The notes beneath the pieces are model-generated. The model was not told the DNA's origin and did not search any database. It saw only the letters and a list, made by a program, of their open reading frames with translations. A stretch of DNA of 14,588 nt from a bacterium (lineage in GTDB: Bacteria > Sysuimicrobiota > Sysuimicrobiia > Sysuimicrobiales > Kaftiobacteriaceae): NCBI GenBank assembly GCA_036004445.1, contig DASYRL010000141.1, forward strand, positions 1 through 14,588, read 5' to 3'. Positions within the stretch are counted from its first letter, which is position 1. Every line of letters begins with the position of its first letter. Both the position numbers and the translations under genes were made by a program. Below, one piece after another: positions 14,579 through 14,588 of this stretch.

Positions 14579-14588
14579 GCGGAGCGTC

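Noticed and set aside
1-14588. Search for CRISPR arrays, tRNA/rRNA genes, IS elements and integrase or transposase genes.
   Set aside because: There are no direct-repeat/spacer arrays, no cloverleaf-compatible conserved tRNA motifs and no transposase- or integrase-like ORFs. The intergenic space totals only ~220 nt.

Overview
This is a high-GC (~70%), very gene-dense bacterial chromosomal window with Actinobacteria-like codon usage (GGC, CCG, CGC and CGG abundant). It carries ten protein genes and no RNA genes, CRISPR arrays or mobile elements. In order: the 3' end of a LivF-type branched-chain amino-acid ABC ATPase; a long-chain acyl-CoA synthetase on the minus strand; a five-gene plus-strand operon (classical SDR reductase, MBL-fold metallo-hydrolase, KAS III/FabH, prohibitin-type SPFH protein, and a GMC flavoenzyme with an N-terminal extension recalling long-chain fatty alcohol oxidases); the 1444-aa DNA helicase Lhr on the minus strand; a Sec-secreted formylglycine-type sulfatase; and an ABC-2 permease on the minus strand. 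Genes in the plus-strand operon are separated by a 4-nt overlap or by 0-26 nt, and both convergent gene pairs share overlapping stop codons. The only intergenic DNA is 41, 71, 26, 7 and 75 nt, so there is almost no room for classical terminators or ncRNAs. The main candidate for something undescribed is the SDR-MBL-KASIII-prohibitin-FAO-like operon with its divergent acyl-CoA synthetase, which looks like a dedicated membrane-associated lipid or fatty-alcohol module rather than housekeeping fatty-acid synthesis. Smaller observations are a G-quadruplex/heptad-repeat element between convergent genes, palindromes in the divergent promoter, and start-codon ambiguities. All functional calls rest on motif recognition in the translated ORFs; no database search was possible. 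My base-by-base counting around 12285-12300 disagreed with the ORF track by 1 nt, so motif coordinates I derived by counting may be off by 1 nt; ORF-track coordinates are used for genes.
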